From Camelus ferus (Eukaryota), in NCBI RefSeq assembly GCF_009834535.1, contig NC_045718.1, positions 20,770,001-20,834,000 on the forward strand: a DNA stretch of 64,000 nucleotides, in the 5' to 3' direction. Shown one piece after another: positions 48,940 through 60,635 of the stretch (position 1 is the stretch's first letter; each line of letters begins with the position of its first letter). A program made the translations under genes and the position numbers. The notes under the pieces were generated by a model that had not been told where the DNA came from, made no database searches, and saw only the letters and a list, made by a program, of their open reading frames with translations.

Positions 48940-49680
48940 TATGTTCTGGGTCAGTTTCAATGATTCGTTTTTCTTCTTATTATGGGCTGTATTTTCTTGT
49001 TTCTTTGCATGCCTGGTCATTTTTTCACTGGATGCCAGATATTGGGAATGTTACTTCGTCAGGTGCTAGATATTTTCGTATTCCTATAAATATTCTTGAA
49101 CTTGTTCCAGGATACAGCAGTTTTATCCTTTCAGGCCTTTAAGGCTTGTTAGGTGAGATGAAAGCAGTAGTTAGTCTAGGGCTAATTACTCGCCACTACT
49201 GAAGAAGCTCCTTCTGAGTCATTTCCCCATAAACTGTGAATGTTTCCAGTCTGACTGGTAGGAATAGGAAGTATTGCCAGCCCTGTGTGAGAGCTGGGCA
49301 CTCTTCATCCTTTTGGGTGGTTCTTTCTCCAGCTGTGGGTAGTTGTCCCACATATGTCTGATCATCAGTGCTCTGCTGAGAACTTAAAGATTTCCAGGGC
49401 TCTTTCTCCACATAGCTGTCACCTCTTGGGGATTCTCTCGTGTGTACTGTAGCATCCTGCGTCTCCCCCGGAATCCCAGCTCCTTCTCTTCTCTCACAAA
49501 ATCTGCTGGGCTCTGCTTCAGTTTCTCTTCCCTCCACCGGGTCTTAGAAATTCTCTCAAGGCAGTAAATGGACAATTGTAGAGCTTGCTTGGTTTGCTTC
49601 CCATCTCTTGGGCATCACTGACTTCAGCTGCCTCACGTCCAGGGTCTCGGAAGCTATCATTCTGTATTTCCCTCCATCAG
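48940..49680 (-). mobile_element. Old L1 5'-region fragment
   Basis: TTTCTTTGCATGCCTGGTCATTTTTT...GGATGCCAGATATTG...TTCCTATAAATATTCTTGAAC resembles L1M 5' ends. Confidence 0.5.
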
Positions 49681-50231
49681 GCCAGGTGCTCCCAGCAGGC
49701 AGGTGCTATGCCTGCTCTTACCAGGCTGGGTGTTTCCTGGGCTTCTTCCTTCCTCCTTATCCTTTCTTCAAAGCACATTCCAACAGAAACTTGAGTCCAT
49801 CGCATTTTACTGCATGGTCATGCTCCCCCAGTAACATGTTTGCTTTCACGTGATACACATTAAGCTTCAGTCCCATCAAATTGTCCTTCTTTCCCTCAAT
49901 TGTTCCTGAGGTCTCACATCCTCCAGGAAGTCCTCCTGGATAGGATGAGTTAGATGGTGCATCTCCTTGCCACACTGTCTGCCCATGAGTTTATGAATCC
50001 TTTCTGCCTTTTACCACTGTCACAGTGACTCCTTAGATCTCCTGACCCCAGTCTTGGGTTTCCCCAGGAAGGTTTTAATCAAGCTTACCAGTTCTGTGCA
50101 AACATACAGGATTTACAGTTCAAATAACTTTGGGAGATATTGTTGGCTATATTCCACTCATGGAGATTCACAGAGCATATTAAGACTTCAAAGGCTCTGA
50201 TAAAAATATTGTCATAAAGAAATCTGTTTGC

Positions 50232-50502
50232 CCCAAAACAGACTCACGGATGTAGAAGACAAGTGGGGAAGGATAAATTAGGGGTTGGGGATTAACAGAC
50301 ACACATTACTATAAATCAAATAGATAGACAACAAGGACCTACTCTATAGCACAGGGAACTATATTCAATTTCTTATAATAACATATAATAGAAAAGAATC
50401 TGAAAAGAAAATTTACATGCATGTGTATGTATAACTGAACCACTTTGCTGTAACCTGAGACTAACATTGTAAGTCATCTACCGTTCAATAAAAAAATGAA
50501 AA
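50232..50502 (+). mobile_element. 5'-truncated L1 3' end with 16-bp TSD (1 mismatch)
   Basis: ...AACAAGGACCTACTCTATAGCACAGGGAACTATATTCAA...AATAAAAAAA; TSD AAAGAAATCTGTTTGC (50216-50231) / AAAGAAAACTGTTTGC (50503-50518). Confidence 0.85.
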
Positions 50503-52149
50503 AAAGAAAACTGTTTGCTTTGTTTACACATATTTTCTGAATGCGTTTGATCTCAGTAACTATTTGATCTCAGGCTCTCTCAACTATTTATTGTTCTTAG
50601 GAACATACGTGAAGAAACACTAACCCAAATCATCCTGAAGAAATGAGAGGCTGTCCTCTCCCCTGCCCTTCTCTTCCTAAAGAGGACAGCAGATGAATGT
50701 GTGTTGAGCAGAAGATTAAAAGAAAGGATTTGAAAGCACTCTCAACAACGCTTCTGCCTTTATCCCTCTGGATCTGGCTGGTTCCCCCGAGACTCTCCTG
50801 ACCCTCTCTCATCGCAGGCTCACTTGTCCCCTCCTGCCCCATGGTCCTCCAAACCCACTTCAGTTCATTAGTTCCCTGTTGTGCTCTCTCCCCTACAGAT
50901 CTGGAGAAATCCTGGCTGCCGAGGCCCCGGTGAGCCACCAGACTTGGGGTCTCCATCACTGCAGGCTCAGGGGCAGGCAGGCCTGGGACGTGCTGTGGTT
51001 CAGTCCCAGCTGCAGTGCCCCCAGGTTGGTCCACTCAGGTTTCCTGGCATATCTGAGTCGCCAGGGAGTTGTTGAGAACCTGAGGTTTCCTCAATAATTT
51101 ACATCCTTACTTCTCGCTTGACAGGATCACATGGTCCGGGACAAAGTCAGTGAACACTCTGCTGGGGGAACCTGATCTCCTAGGTCGGGTAGCAACAACA
51201 CGGGCGACAATGCGAGGATTACCCTGAACTCTGGCCAGCACTTGGTGGGGGTGGGGGGGGGTCTCGACCCAGCGGGAGGCCAGTGACATGATATGGCCGC
51301 TGAAGCTCAGCAGTAGCTTTTAGCTCACTAGAGGGTGGAGGGTGATGAGGGAAAAGGAAGCTGAAGGCTCTGGGAACCTGAGGGAAAAGACAGAGGATCT
51401 GTTTCACCCACCCCGACTCACTGGCCTGTGGAGCTGCTGACTGAAGTCACTCGGGCATGGACACCCCACTCCCTGCCCATCTCTGCCATCAACGATGCTT
51501 GTTTCGTGTTCTTCCACCGGTGCTCCAGCCCCACCCCCTCCCCTTTTCCTATGCCTTGTTTCTCCTGAATCTCACCCTTTTCTCCCCACTGGTTCCATAC
51601 CCACAACAGATAAACACACTTGGGACTTTGGAATCCTAAATAACCCTCCCTTTGCCCCTCCAGTCACCATCCTACTACTCTCCTTCCCTTCTGGGATCAG
51701 CTACTGGCAAGAGACTTAGGGCACTACATCCTCTGCTGCCCACAGTCCACTGGTGTCCACCTGGCCCACGGATGCAGAGACCCACCCCTCCACGATTTGT
51801 ATACCCACAAAGCCCCAGGGCACCTGAAGGTTCCATAGGCAGAACCTTGTTATTCATTCAACTGAACTTGTTATTCATTCATCAAAAGCTTTTTAAATAC
51901 CTCCTCTGTGCCAGACGTTGAGCTATAAAGTGAGTACAATGAGGCTCATGGAGCCTATGATTTGATGGTAAACAGAGATGTCAACCAGCCCTTAATGGAT
52001 CTAATTTTGAAAGGATGTCACTGAAATCTGCCCAGAATGTTATGAGAACCCAAGGGAAGTGCGTCAGACTGGGAAGGGAGGAGCAATTGGTCAGAGAAGG
52101 CTTTCTGGAAGAATTAGGTTGGAACTGATGTGTATGAAGTGGGTAGAAG

Positions 52150-52690
52150 AAACTGGGATTTTGGCTACAGGACTCTTACAGGTTTAAGTGACAGGACTAA
52201 TTTAAGCAAACCAGGGAACTCCATAACTGGGATGACTGGGTGAAGTGGCTTCAGACCCTCACAAAGCCTTCAGATCTGCTCTTCTTGCACTCATCTCTAT
52301 TGTTTCTCCCTCTGTGTTGGACTCATCCTCTCCTAACCAGTTAAGCTTCCTCCATGTTTCAGGGGGCAGAAGGAGCATGGCCGCAGGAAGTTCCAGGCTT
52401 ACATCACTTCAGTTTGTTGGCCCCACAGGAAAGAGAGAACCATCCCCAACACCCATATATAAAAGCCCAGAGAAGGGCTCTGATTGGCCCAGATAGGGTC
52501 ATGTGCCAGTCCTGGGCCAATCACTGAGGGGTAGGATACTGTGTTTGATGAGGCCTGGGTCTCCTGCCCGTCCCTGGGGCCAGGGAGCAGAATGCTGTGA
52601 TAGGCAGCTCCATCAGGACCACATGGATTAAGATAGGGGCAGGAAGCCAAAGGAAGGAATCCTGAGAACACAAAAACAACAGATGTTCAC
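52150..52690 (-). mobile_element. MaLR LTR (MLT1J/K-like)
   Basis: CTCTGATTGGCCCAGATAGGGTCATGTGCCAGTCCTGGGCCAATCACTG signature. Confidence 0.6.
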
Positions 52691-52999
52691 AATAGACAAT
52701 TAATTATCTAAGCATAAAGAATCACATATGCAAAACTATACAACAGCCATGGAATGTGGGAATTACTAGTAATTTTATATAACTGGATCTAAGGGTGAAC
52801 TTTGATGTGTGGCAAGAAATAAACCTGGAGAAGAAAGAATTTGGAGAGCCACATGTACTGAACAACAGAGTTTAAATGTTATCCTAAAAGCTAAGGAGAA
52901 TCTTTGGAAAATGTTATATCAGTTACTTTATATGTCAGATTCTAATACTTGGGGAAAAAAGTCCTTTTGACCATAAAACCGTTCTTTTCTTCCTTATTT

Positions 53000-53460
53000 C
53001 AGTTAATGGCATCCTCATCTTGCCAGGTGCATGAGCTAGAAATGTGAGGGATTCTTGGGTCCATCTCCTTCAGCCAAGTTCTCTCTGGACCCCCTTCCCC
53101 ATTAGTTATTTCATTCTATGGCACTGCTTTGGTTCAGGCCCAGGTCTGTCCTTGCAAGGGCTCTGCTAACTTAAACCAAGACATCCACTCTTCCAGGGAG
53201 GTTTCTGGGCCCCAGCCCAGGCCAGGTTAGACCTGGTTCTCTCTGCTTCCATCGTACACAACCCGGGCACAACAGTCATTCCCTGCATCATAACTGTGTT
53301 CCATCTGGCTCTGACCATATGCTCTGTGGGCACAGACTCTGTGGATTCCTCAGGAGCCTGCCCCTGGTTTTCATTTCGTACCCTAGCAGCACCCATGGTC
53401 CAACATACTATAGACACTGGGTAAATGTTTGTTGATCAATGAGAAGACAAATGGATAAAT
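53000..53460 (+). mobile_element. L2 fragment
   Basis: AGCTAGAAATGTGAGGGATTC...CACTGGGTAAATGTTTGTTGATCAATGA. Confidence 0.55.
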
Positions 53461-53643
53461 GAACTTCACTTCCTACCACTAAGATAGGCAAATATAAACA
53501 TACCCATAACTGAAAAAAGAAAATGTTCAAAGGCCTTAGTGAAGCTGTCTGAAACAACGGTGTTTTCCTCACCCACTTCCAATGCCCACATTCTTTTTCT
53601 CTACCCGTCTAGCTCTTCTTTTTGCTTTCTCTCTCTCTAGAAC

Positions 53644-54124
53644 TGTGGACTGGGAGGGTTGCCTGCCATTCCTGTAAACAAAGAATGTTGCCTGAGGGGC
53701 CTTGGCCCACATGATTAAAGCTGCCATCTTGACACGTGTTTTTTTAAAAAAAAAAAAGGTTCTACAAGGATCAAGCATTAGCCACCACCTCAGCCACCCA
53801 CTGAGGCTGTACCCCGAGGGGAATTCAGGATGGAGAAAAACAGGAAGTATTCTGTGCTTTGGCTACTGGCCCTAGATAGTTAAGATGCATATCAAAGGAA
53901 TAATTTCAATGACCTCAGATTTTTGCACCTTCCCATCAGCAGTAATTTTTTGATGTTTGACTATGTTTTTTTTTTCTAGCAAAAAAACTCCTATAAATCC
54001 TGGCTCCTCCCTTACCTCTTGGAAGCAGTTCATCAGAGCTATCTGAGAGGCTATAGTCTCAGGAAGATTACTGAATAAAACTTAACCACACAACTTTCAG
54101 GTGTGTGTTTTTCTTCAGTTGACA
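53644..54124 (+). mobile_element. Solo LTR, ERV1-like, with 4-bp TSD GAAC
   Basis: TGTGGAC...CAGTTGACA; GAAC at 53640-53643 and 54125-54128; TATA-like CTATAAAT (~53990) then AATAAA (~54076). Confidence 0.8.
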
Positions 54125-54169
54125 GAACACTCTATCTTGTCTTGCCAGCATGATATGGAACTGAAATCT

Positions 54170-54669
54170 GCATTGAGTGTGTGTGTGTACAGGAAATGCT
54201 TTGTAACAAATCACCCCAACCATTAGTGGCTTAAAATATCACACATGCGTTATCTCAGAGTGTCTGTGTGTCAGGAATCTGGGCCCAGCTGGGCTTGGCC
54301 CTCTGTTTCAGGAAGTCTCATCCAGCTGTAATCAGCACCCAGCTGTAATCAGGTTTCAGCTGGGACCTGAGCCATGTTTGAGCTCCCTCACATGGGTGGC
54401 GGTAGGATTCAGTCCCTTGCTGGCTGTTGGCAGGAGCCCACCCTCTGTTCTGTGCTCTGTTGGCCTCCCCACCATTGCAGCTTGCTTCACCAAAGTTAGG
54501 AAGAGACAGAGTTGACGACGTAATTTTTTGTAAACTAATCACAGAAGAGACATTCTCTCACCTTTGCTTATTCTATTTGTCAGAAGTAAGTTACTAGGTT
54601 CAGCTCATACTCAAGGGAAGGGAAGGGGATGGAGTCATTGGGGACCATCTTAGAAGTCTGCCTATCACA
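54170..54669 (-). mobile_element. MaLR LTR (MLT1E/F-like)
   Basis: GTAACAAATCACCCCAACCATTAGTGGCTTAAAA...CATCTTAGAAGTCTGCCTATCACA. Confidence 0.7.
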
Positions 54670-55052
54670 GGGTGTAGCCAGTAAAAATCATGAAACTATT
54701 TAAATGTCTCTTTTGCGGTTTCATACTGAATAAAAAAAGGAGCTCTGTCAACACTTTTGTATTCTGGAAATTTAATTTAATTTCTCTAGATTAATACTGT
54801 GCTGTCTACCATTAAATTGAAAACCAAATATGACTTCTAAATTTGTTTACTGACCTTCTTATTGCCCAAGTGAGGTGACATCTGTTTTTGTGCCAAGATG
54901 AGAATTCAGACCTTTGTGGTTGCCGGTGACAGAAAACAAGTGTGAACCTATTTAGGCAAGAGGGACAATACATTGGCTCCACCCACCAAGCCATGGGAAG
55001 GGCCTGGGGACAGCTGCGACAAGACGCCCCAGTGTCACCAGGTCTCCCTCTG

Positions 55053-55678
55053 TGATGCAGGAAAATGGATCTGGGGCGTGAGAAGGGCTGTGTCCCAGGC
55101 TTCGGTTGAGCCCCTGGGACGTGCCCCGCCAAACGTGGGTCCTTGGCTTTGCGCAGAAAATAATTCAAGAGCGAGCCACAGTTGAGTGAAGGTAGATTTA
55201 TTCAGAGAGATACATTGAAAGGCAAGAGAAAGGCCACAAGGTGTCGGGGTTGTGCGCTCAGATTAAACGTGGGTACACATCCCATGGACAGTATGCGGGC
55301 CGTCTCTGAAGAGGGAGAGAGAGGGCCAGACACGAGGCGCCATGTTGCTGGTTTTTATGGGCTTGGTGGCTTCATATGCTAATAAGTGGAAGGACCAGTC
55401 TAAGGGGAAGGGGCTGGGATTCCCAGGAAGTTGGCCATTTCCCACTCTTTGACCTTTCGTGGCTGGCCTTGGGACTGCCATGGTGCCTGTGGACATATTA
55501 TTCACCATGTTAATATATTACAATGAGGGTATAATGAGGCTCAAGATCTGCTAGAAGTCAAATCTCCCACCATCTTGAGCCTCAAGGCCTACTGGGGGTT
55601 GAATCTTTCACCATTTTGATGTTAATTGCTGTAGCATTCCTTGAATGGCTGTGCCCTGCCCCCTTCCATCCTGTCTCA
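55053..55678 (-). mobile_element. Solo LTR, ERV1-like, with 4-bp TSD TCTG
   Basis: Minus strand TGAGACAGG...GCATCA; TCTG at 55049-55052 and 55679-55682; minus-strand AATAAA at 55197-55202. Confidence 0.8.
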
Positions 55679-56290
55679 TCTGCACACTTTGTGTCTGGAT
55701 CATCCCTCGTGGCCACCAGCAGCTCCAGGCTTCCTTTCCCAGCTTAACCAGTAGAATAAAATGAGACTTGTGCTCTCAGGCCTTGAGGATCTAAGTAGCT
55801 AAGAAGAGGCTCTGTTTTGCTCGGTTTGGATCACAATACATTGGCTCATCTCTGGATCAGTCAGTCAAAGGCAGTCAGCGGCGGTGCTGTGGTGTTCAGG
55901 TTGGGTCAGGTTGGGCCCCTGGTGAACCCCTGTGCTGGGGGTGGGGTGGCGTGTCCTGCCGAGTGATTGTCTCCATGGAATCACATGATAAGAAAAGGCC
56001 AAAGTCAATTTGCCAGATGGGGGAGGAGAGCTGGACGGACAAGACGAAAGCTCCTTCTTGCCCTCACTCTCTGTCTCTCACACATATACACACAAGGCGC
56101 TTATCTAAAGAGAATAAAACTTGGGTGGGGAAGGAGCACTGGGGCAGGAATTTAAATCTGGGATCTATTCCTACCCACTAGTTACATGACCATAGGCTGG
56201 GTCCCTTCTCTCTAGACCGTGTTCCCAATTCATAGAAAGGGAACAATCGTACCTGTCCCTCTTGCTCCAAGGGAGATTGTGAGGGCCAGT

Positions 56291-56912
56291 TGTAGTGGAC
56301 TGAATAGTGTTTCCTCAAAATCCATGTTTACAGAGAGCCTCAGAATGTGATTTTATTTCAAAAGAGTACTTGCAAGGGGGGTAGGGCATAGCTCAGTGGT
56401 AGAACGCATGCTTAGCAAACACAAAGTCCAGGGTTTAGTCCCCAGTATCTCCATTTTTTAAAAAATTAATAAGTAAACTTAATTACCTCCCCCTCAAAAA
56501 AATTAAAAATAAAAAACTTTTGTGAAAAACCAGTATTTGCAGATATAATTGATTAAGGATCTTGAGATGGAACGATCCTGCGTTTAAGGTGGGCGCTAAA
56601 CCCAGTGACCAGTGTCCTTATAAGGAGAGGAGAGGGCACAGAGAGACACAGAGGAAAAGGCCATGTGAAGGTGGAAGCAGAGACTGAAGAGGCACATCGA
56701 CAAGCCAAAGGATGCCCAGCACCAAGGGAAGCCACTAGGAGCCAGGAGAGAGCAATGGGATGTAGTCTTCCTCAAGGCCCTCAGAAGGAACCAACCCGGA
56801 AGACACCTTGATTTTCAGATTTCAGGCCTCCTGAACTGTGAGAGAATCAATGTCTGTTGTTTTAAGCCATTCAGTTGGTGGTAATTTGTCAGCAGCTGCG
56901 GGAGACAAATAC
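56291..56912 (+). mobile_element. MaLR LTR (MLT1C/D-like), interrupted by a SINE
   Basis: TGTAGTGGACTGAATAGTGTTTCCTCAAAATCCATG...GGCCATGTGAAGGTGGAAGCAGAGA...TTGTTTTAAGCCATTCAGTTGGTGGTAATTTG. Confidence 0.8.
56376..56517 (+). mobile_element. tRNA-derived SINE, camelid Vic-1-like, inserted into an MLT1 LTR
   Basis: GGGGGGTAGGGCATAGCTCAGTGGTAGAACGCATGCTTAGC...CTTAATTACCTCCCCCTC plus A tail. Confidence 0.85.
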
Positions 56913-57779
56913 ATAAGATGAAAAGTGTGAAACATATGCAGCATATGGGATCGAGAATATCATTACGATAAGCAGTGATTGCACAGAATCCTACTGAACT
57001 CAGAGTTCCTTTGACCGGTTCTGAGCGCTGCCCAGATCTGTTTGTTATATTGTTGCCCCCTCCACAGCCTTAATCCAGCCACAGCCACCTCTCTGTCATC
57101 CTTGCAGGCGTGACCTGAAGCTTGGAAATCATCACTGAATTCAGAGCTAGAAGTTAAATGGAGTTCTTACCAACCATGAGGACACTGTGCTCGGGGCTCT
57201 TCTGCAGATGGAGAGGCTGATCCAGGCAGGGAGTGAGGGCAGAGCTAAAATCTGAATGGCAAGGGGTCAGGTTTCAGAGCCTGTGCGTGAACTGCCTCAC
57301 CACACTGCCTCAGGCTACAGGATCACCCCTTCCTGATTTATTTATCGGGCACAACACAGCTATCACCAGAGCCTCGTGCTACCAGTGTGTCCTTCCTCCT
57401 CCTTCCATCTCTGCTCCCTCCCACTGCCCCACTATTGTCTAAGATGATGACCGGCTCTGGAATCCCAAAGGTTCTCTAATCCCCTGCCCAGGCCAGTCTT
57501 GCCTTTGGTCGCTCCACTGAATGCCCAGCCCCCAAGAGCTACATCTTTGACATCAGGGAAATGAGCTGGTTGGAAATGTGAACCAGCTATTATCCAGCTC
57601 AGGTGCTTACTGGCAGGTGGGAAAGGGCAAGGCACTGCTGTGGGCGCCAGGCTGGTGTTAGATCTGATTACTCACCAGGAAGCTTGGTCCTGCCGGCTAC
57701 AACAGAGTGCGGCTGCAGGCGGTGCCTCCCGTCTCCAAGCCTGGAGCATCTGAATGTTTCAGGTCTGCCTTTTATCTCT

Positions 57780-58660
57780 ACCACCAACTAAACCCTCAGC
57801 TCCCTCAGCCTTTAGCCTCACTTCCATGTGCCCTGTCCTCAGGCCATGGCTTTCCCTGTCACAACCCCCTTCTGTCTGGATCCTGCAGGAGTTCCCAGCC
57901 CCTACCAGCCCAGGGTGAGCTCATCCAGTCCCCTCATGTCCGAATTTACCTCTCCAACACCGCTGGGCTGCAGATTCGTGTTTCCAATCACGTGACAGGT
58001 CCTGTTTAATAGCGAGTAGGTACTCAAAACTTTACATGTTGTCATCTTCCTGCGCCAGTCATCCCCATCTGGGCGATTGGCACCCCAATTCCTATACTTG
58101 CTTCAGCCTCCAAACCTAGGTGTCATCTTAATTCCTTTTTCACTTTCTACATTCAATTCATCAGCCTATCCAGTTTCACTCTTTCTCCAAAATATACCCC
58201 AAATCTGTCTCCAGTGTCACAACCGTGGTGGGGGCCATATTAATCTCAAGCCTGGACCTTGTAGTCACCCGCCAGCTGAGCCTGCTTCCATCTTGATCTC
58301 TTTGATCCATTCTTCACACAGCAGCCTGGCAGCTCTGAAAATCCAGAAATCAATTTCATTGCTATGCTTAAAACCATCCAATGGCTTCAGGCTAAGTGCT
58401 TGTGTGGTCCTCGGGGGCCCTCCCTCTGGCCTCCTCTCATAGGCCCACCCACTGCACAGGCACCAGTCTGCCCAGCCATGCCCAGCCCTGCCCACAGCTT
58501 TCCCACCCAAGGCCGGTGCCCCTGGGATGTTCGGCTCAGGTCTCTGAGCTGGCTGCCTGCTTCTCATCTGCAGATCTCACCTCCTGGAGACGTCTCCCTT
58601 GATCAACCCCCTTCCCATTCACACACTCATCAACTCCCTGTTTGATCTTCCTCCTGGCAC
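57780..58660 (+). mobile_element. L2 fragment
   Basis: CCTCCAAACCTAGGTGTCATCTTAATTCC...ATGCTTAAAACCATCCAATGGCTTC. Confidence 0.6.
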
Positions 58661-59899
58661 TCATAAACAAAATGGTAGTCTTTATGTTTTGTAAAGTTGC
58701 CATGAACAATGAATTAGCAAATATTGAGCCATCGGGGAAACACAGGTTTAAGGACCTACGAGCCTCTGGCCACAGCATTTTCATCAAGACCAAACCATGT
58801 TCTATGTGTGTTTCTGTTTAGGGACACCTTGCTTAAAATATTCTGTCGATTCATTAACACTGAACGCCCAGCTGACAGCACTGGTGCCTGAGGGAAGCTT
58901 ACGTAATACTCGTCTTGTCTGTGGGGCATTTCACAGCCTTCTTGCCCTTGCAAATACTGGACAGTCAGCTTCAGCACTGTGCTTGGGACCAGTTTAAACA
59001 ACGAAATCACCAACAGAAAGCACAAGAATGAAAAAACAAACGTGGGCCCCCAAAGGACCCTTGTACTTATAGTATGAGAGCTGAAACAAGAGGGTTCCAC
59101 CCAAACATGCACATCCGGCGACTCAGTTCTCATTGCTCTGCCCTGTCCCCGGAGGGCCCTGGGAGTGCTGGAGGTATTGATCTTGGGGCTGCAAATAAGT
59201 TCCAGCAAGTAGGTGAGCTTGCAAATGTGGAACTGAGAATAAGGAGGACCAGCTGTCCTTCACTGAGTTGTCTTCTGTTTCTCCTGACTAGAGGATGAGC
59301 TCCAGGAGACCTTGTCCGCTCTGTTCAGTGTCGCGGACCCAGCACAGTGCTTAGTCCATGGGAAGCACTTGGTGCATGTTTGTTGATGGAAAGAAAAAAA
59401 TGGAAGGAAGGGAGTGGTGGCGGAACATGCCACCTTCTTTGTCCACATCCCCACACCAGCACTGTCGGGTTCCACCCTGGGCTCAGTTCCCTGACCCAGT
59501 GGCTGATCAAGAGCTGATGATCAGATTCTCCTTTATTCTCCCCTGGACTCTTCTCGGAGGTGAGAATAAGGAGCTATCTGACCTTCCGTTTTAGTGTCTG
59601 GAGGCATCTGCATCTCCTGGTGTTTGCTCTGATTTTCGTCTCTCGCAGGTGGAATGGAAAGTCTACTGGGTCAAGAGTCAGAAGCCCTGCCTTGTGCTAT
59701 CAGACCTACTGGCAGTTAGCTGTGTGACTCTGGGGGTCATTTCCCCTCCCTGGCCTCAGTTTCCTCATGTATTTTTAAAAAGAGGAAAAGGTCCTTTATC
59801 CTTTCACCTTTTGTGACCATCAAATAGCATAAAGTGTATATAAAAGTGCCGTGCAAACTCTAACGATCTCTTCAGTGGCACGTATTATCCATGTTATTC

Positions 59900-60360
59900 A
59901 TCCTGGGTTCTCGTCAGTGGAATGCTAGGTTACAAGAGGCTTAAATTGTTTCCCGTCTCACACATCAAGAAGCCTGGAGGGAATTCCTAGATTCAGAAGC
60001 TTAACAATGTCCAGGCTCTGGGTTAGCGTCCCTCCCACGCTCTGGCCTTCCAGCCTCTCACACCAACCAGTCACGGAAGGTGTGGGCAGTGGAGGAGCTG
60101 ATTAGAAACGTGAGCCAGTTGTCCAGCTCAGATACTTAATGACGGGTGGGTGGGCACAGGCTCCGGGGAATGTTGATGGGGAGGAGGGAAGAGCCTCCCT
60201 CATTTCTCTCTTACTTTTTAAATCAAGAAGATGAAAATCTTTCCCAGGAGTTCCAGTAGACTATCTCCCAGATTGTATTGGCCAGGACTGGGTCACACTA
60301 ATAGGCTAATCACTGGTATAGAATAAGATTCTAAACCAATCACGGTTCATCCATGGTTCA
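59900..60360 (-). mobile_element. MaLR LTR (MLT1J/K-like)
   Basis: ATTGGCCAGGACTGGGTCACAC...TAATCACTGG...TAAACCAATCA signature. Confidence 0.55.
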
Positions 60361-60469
60361 TGGGTGGGGGGAGGGCCCTTCTGACACATGAGAAAAGTTG
60401 GGGTTCTCCAGCATGGCAGGTGGGGGAGCCAATTTCACTTGCCACATGTGCTGCCTCATCTTCTCCTGG

Positions 60470-60635
60470 CCCTCCTGTACCCCTTCCTACACTCCTGCCT
60501 GCAGCCCCTCCTGCAACCCCAGACTGTGCCCCCTCCTGCACCCCCTATACACCCACTCCTGCACCACCCCCAGCAGACCCCTCCTGCACCCCCTCCTGAT
60601 TGCCTCCTGTACCCCCTCCTGCAGACCCAGCCTGT
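60470..60635 (+). repeat. Degenerate C-rich tandem repeat, unit core CCCCTCCTG(C/T)A
   Basis: About 8 imperfect copies of CCTCCTG(C/T)ACCCC-like units with variable spacers. Confidence 0.6.

Noticed and set aside
900-50000. Scattered AP-1 TGA(G/C)TCA heptamers
   Set aside because: Frequency is compatible with background; no clustering that I could support.
56376-56460. tRNA-like sequence with A and B boxes (also 6102 and 44776)
   Set aside because: These are SINE heads followed by a non-tRNA body, A-rich tail and TSD-like flanks; not tRNA genes.
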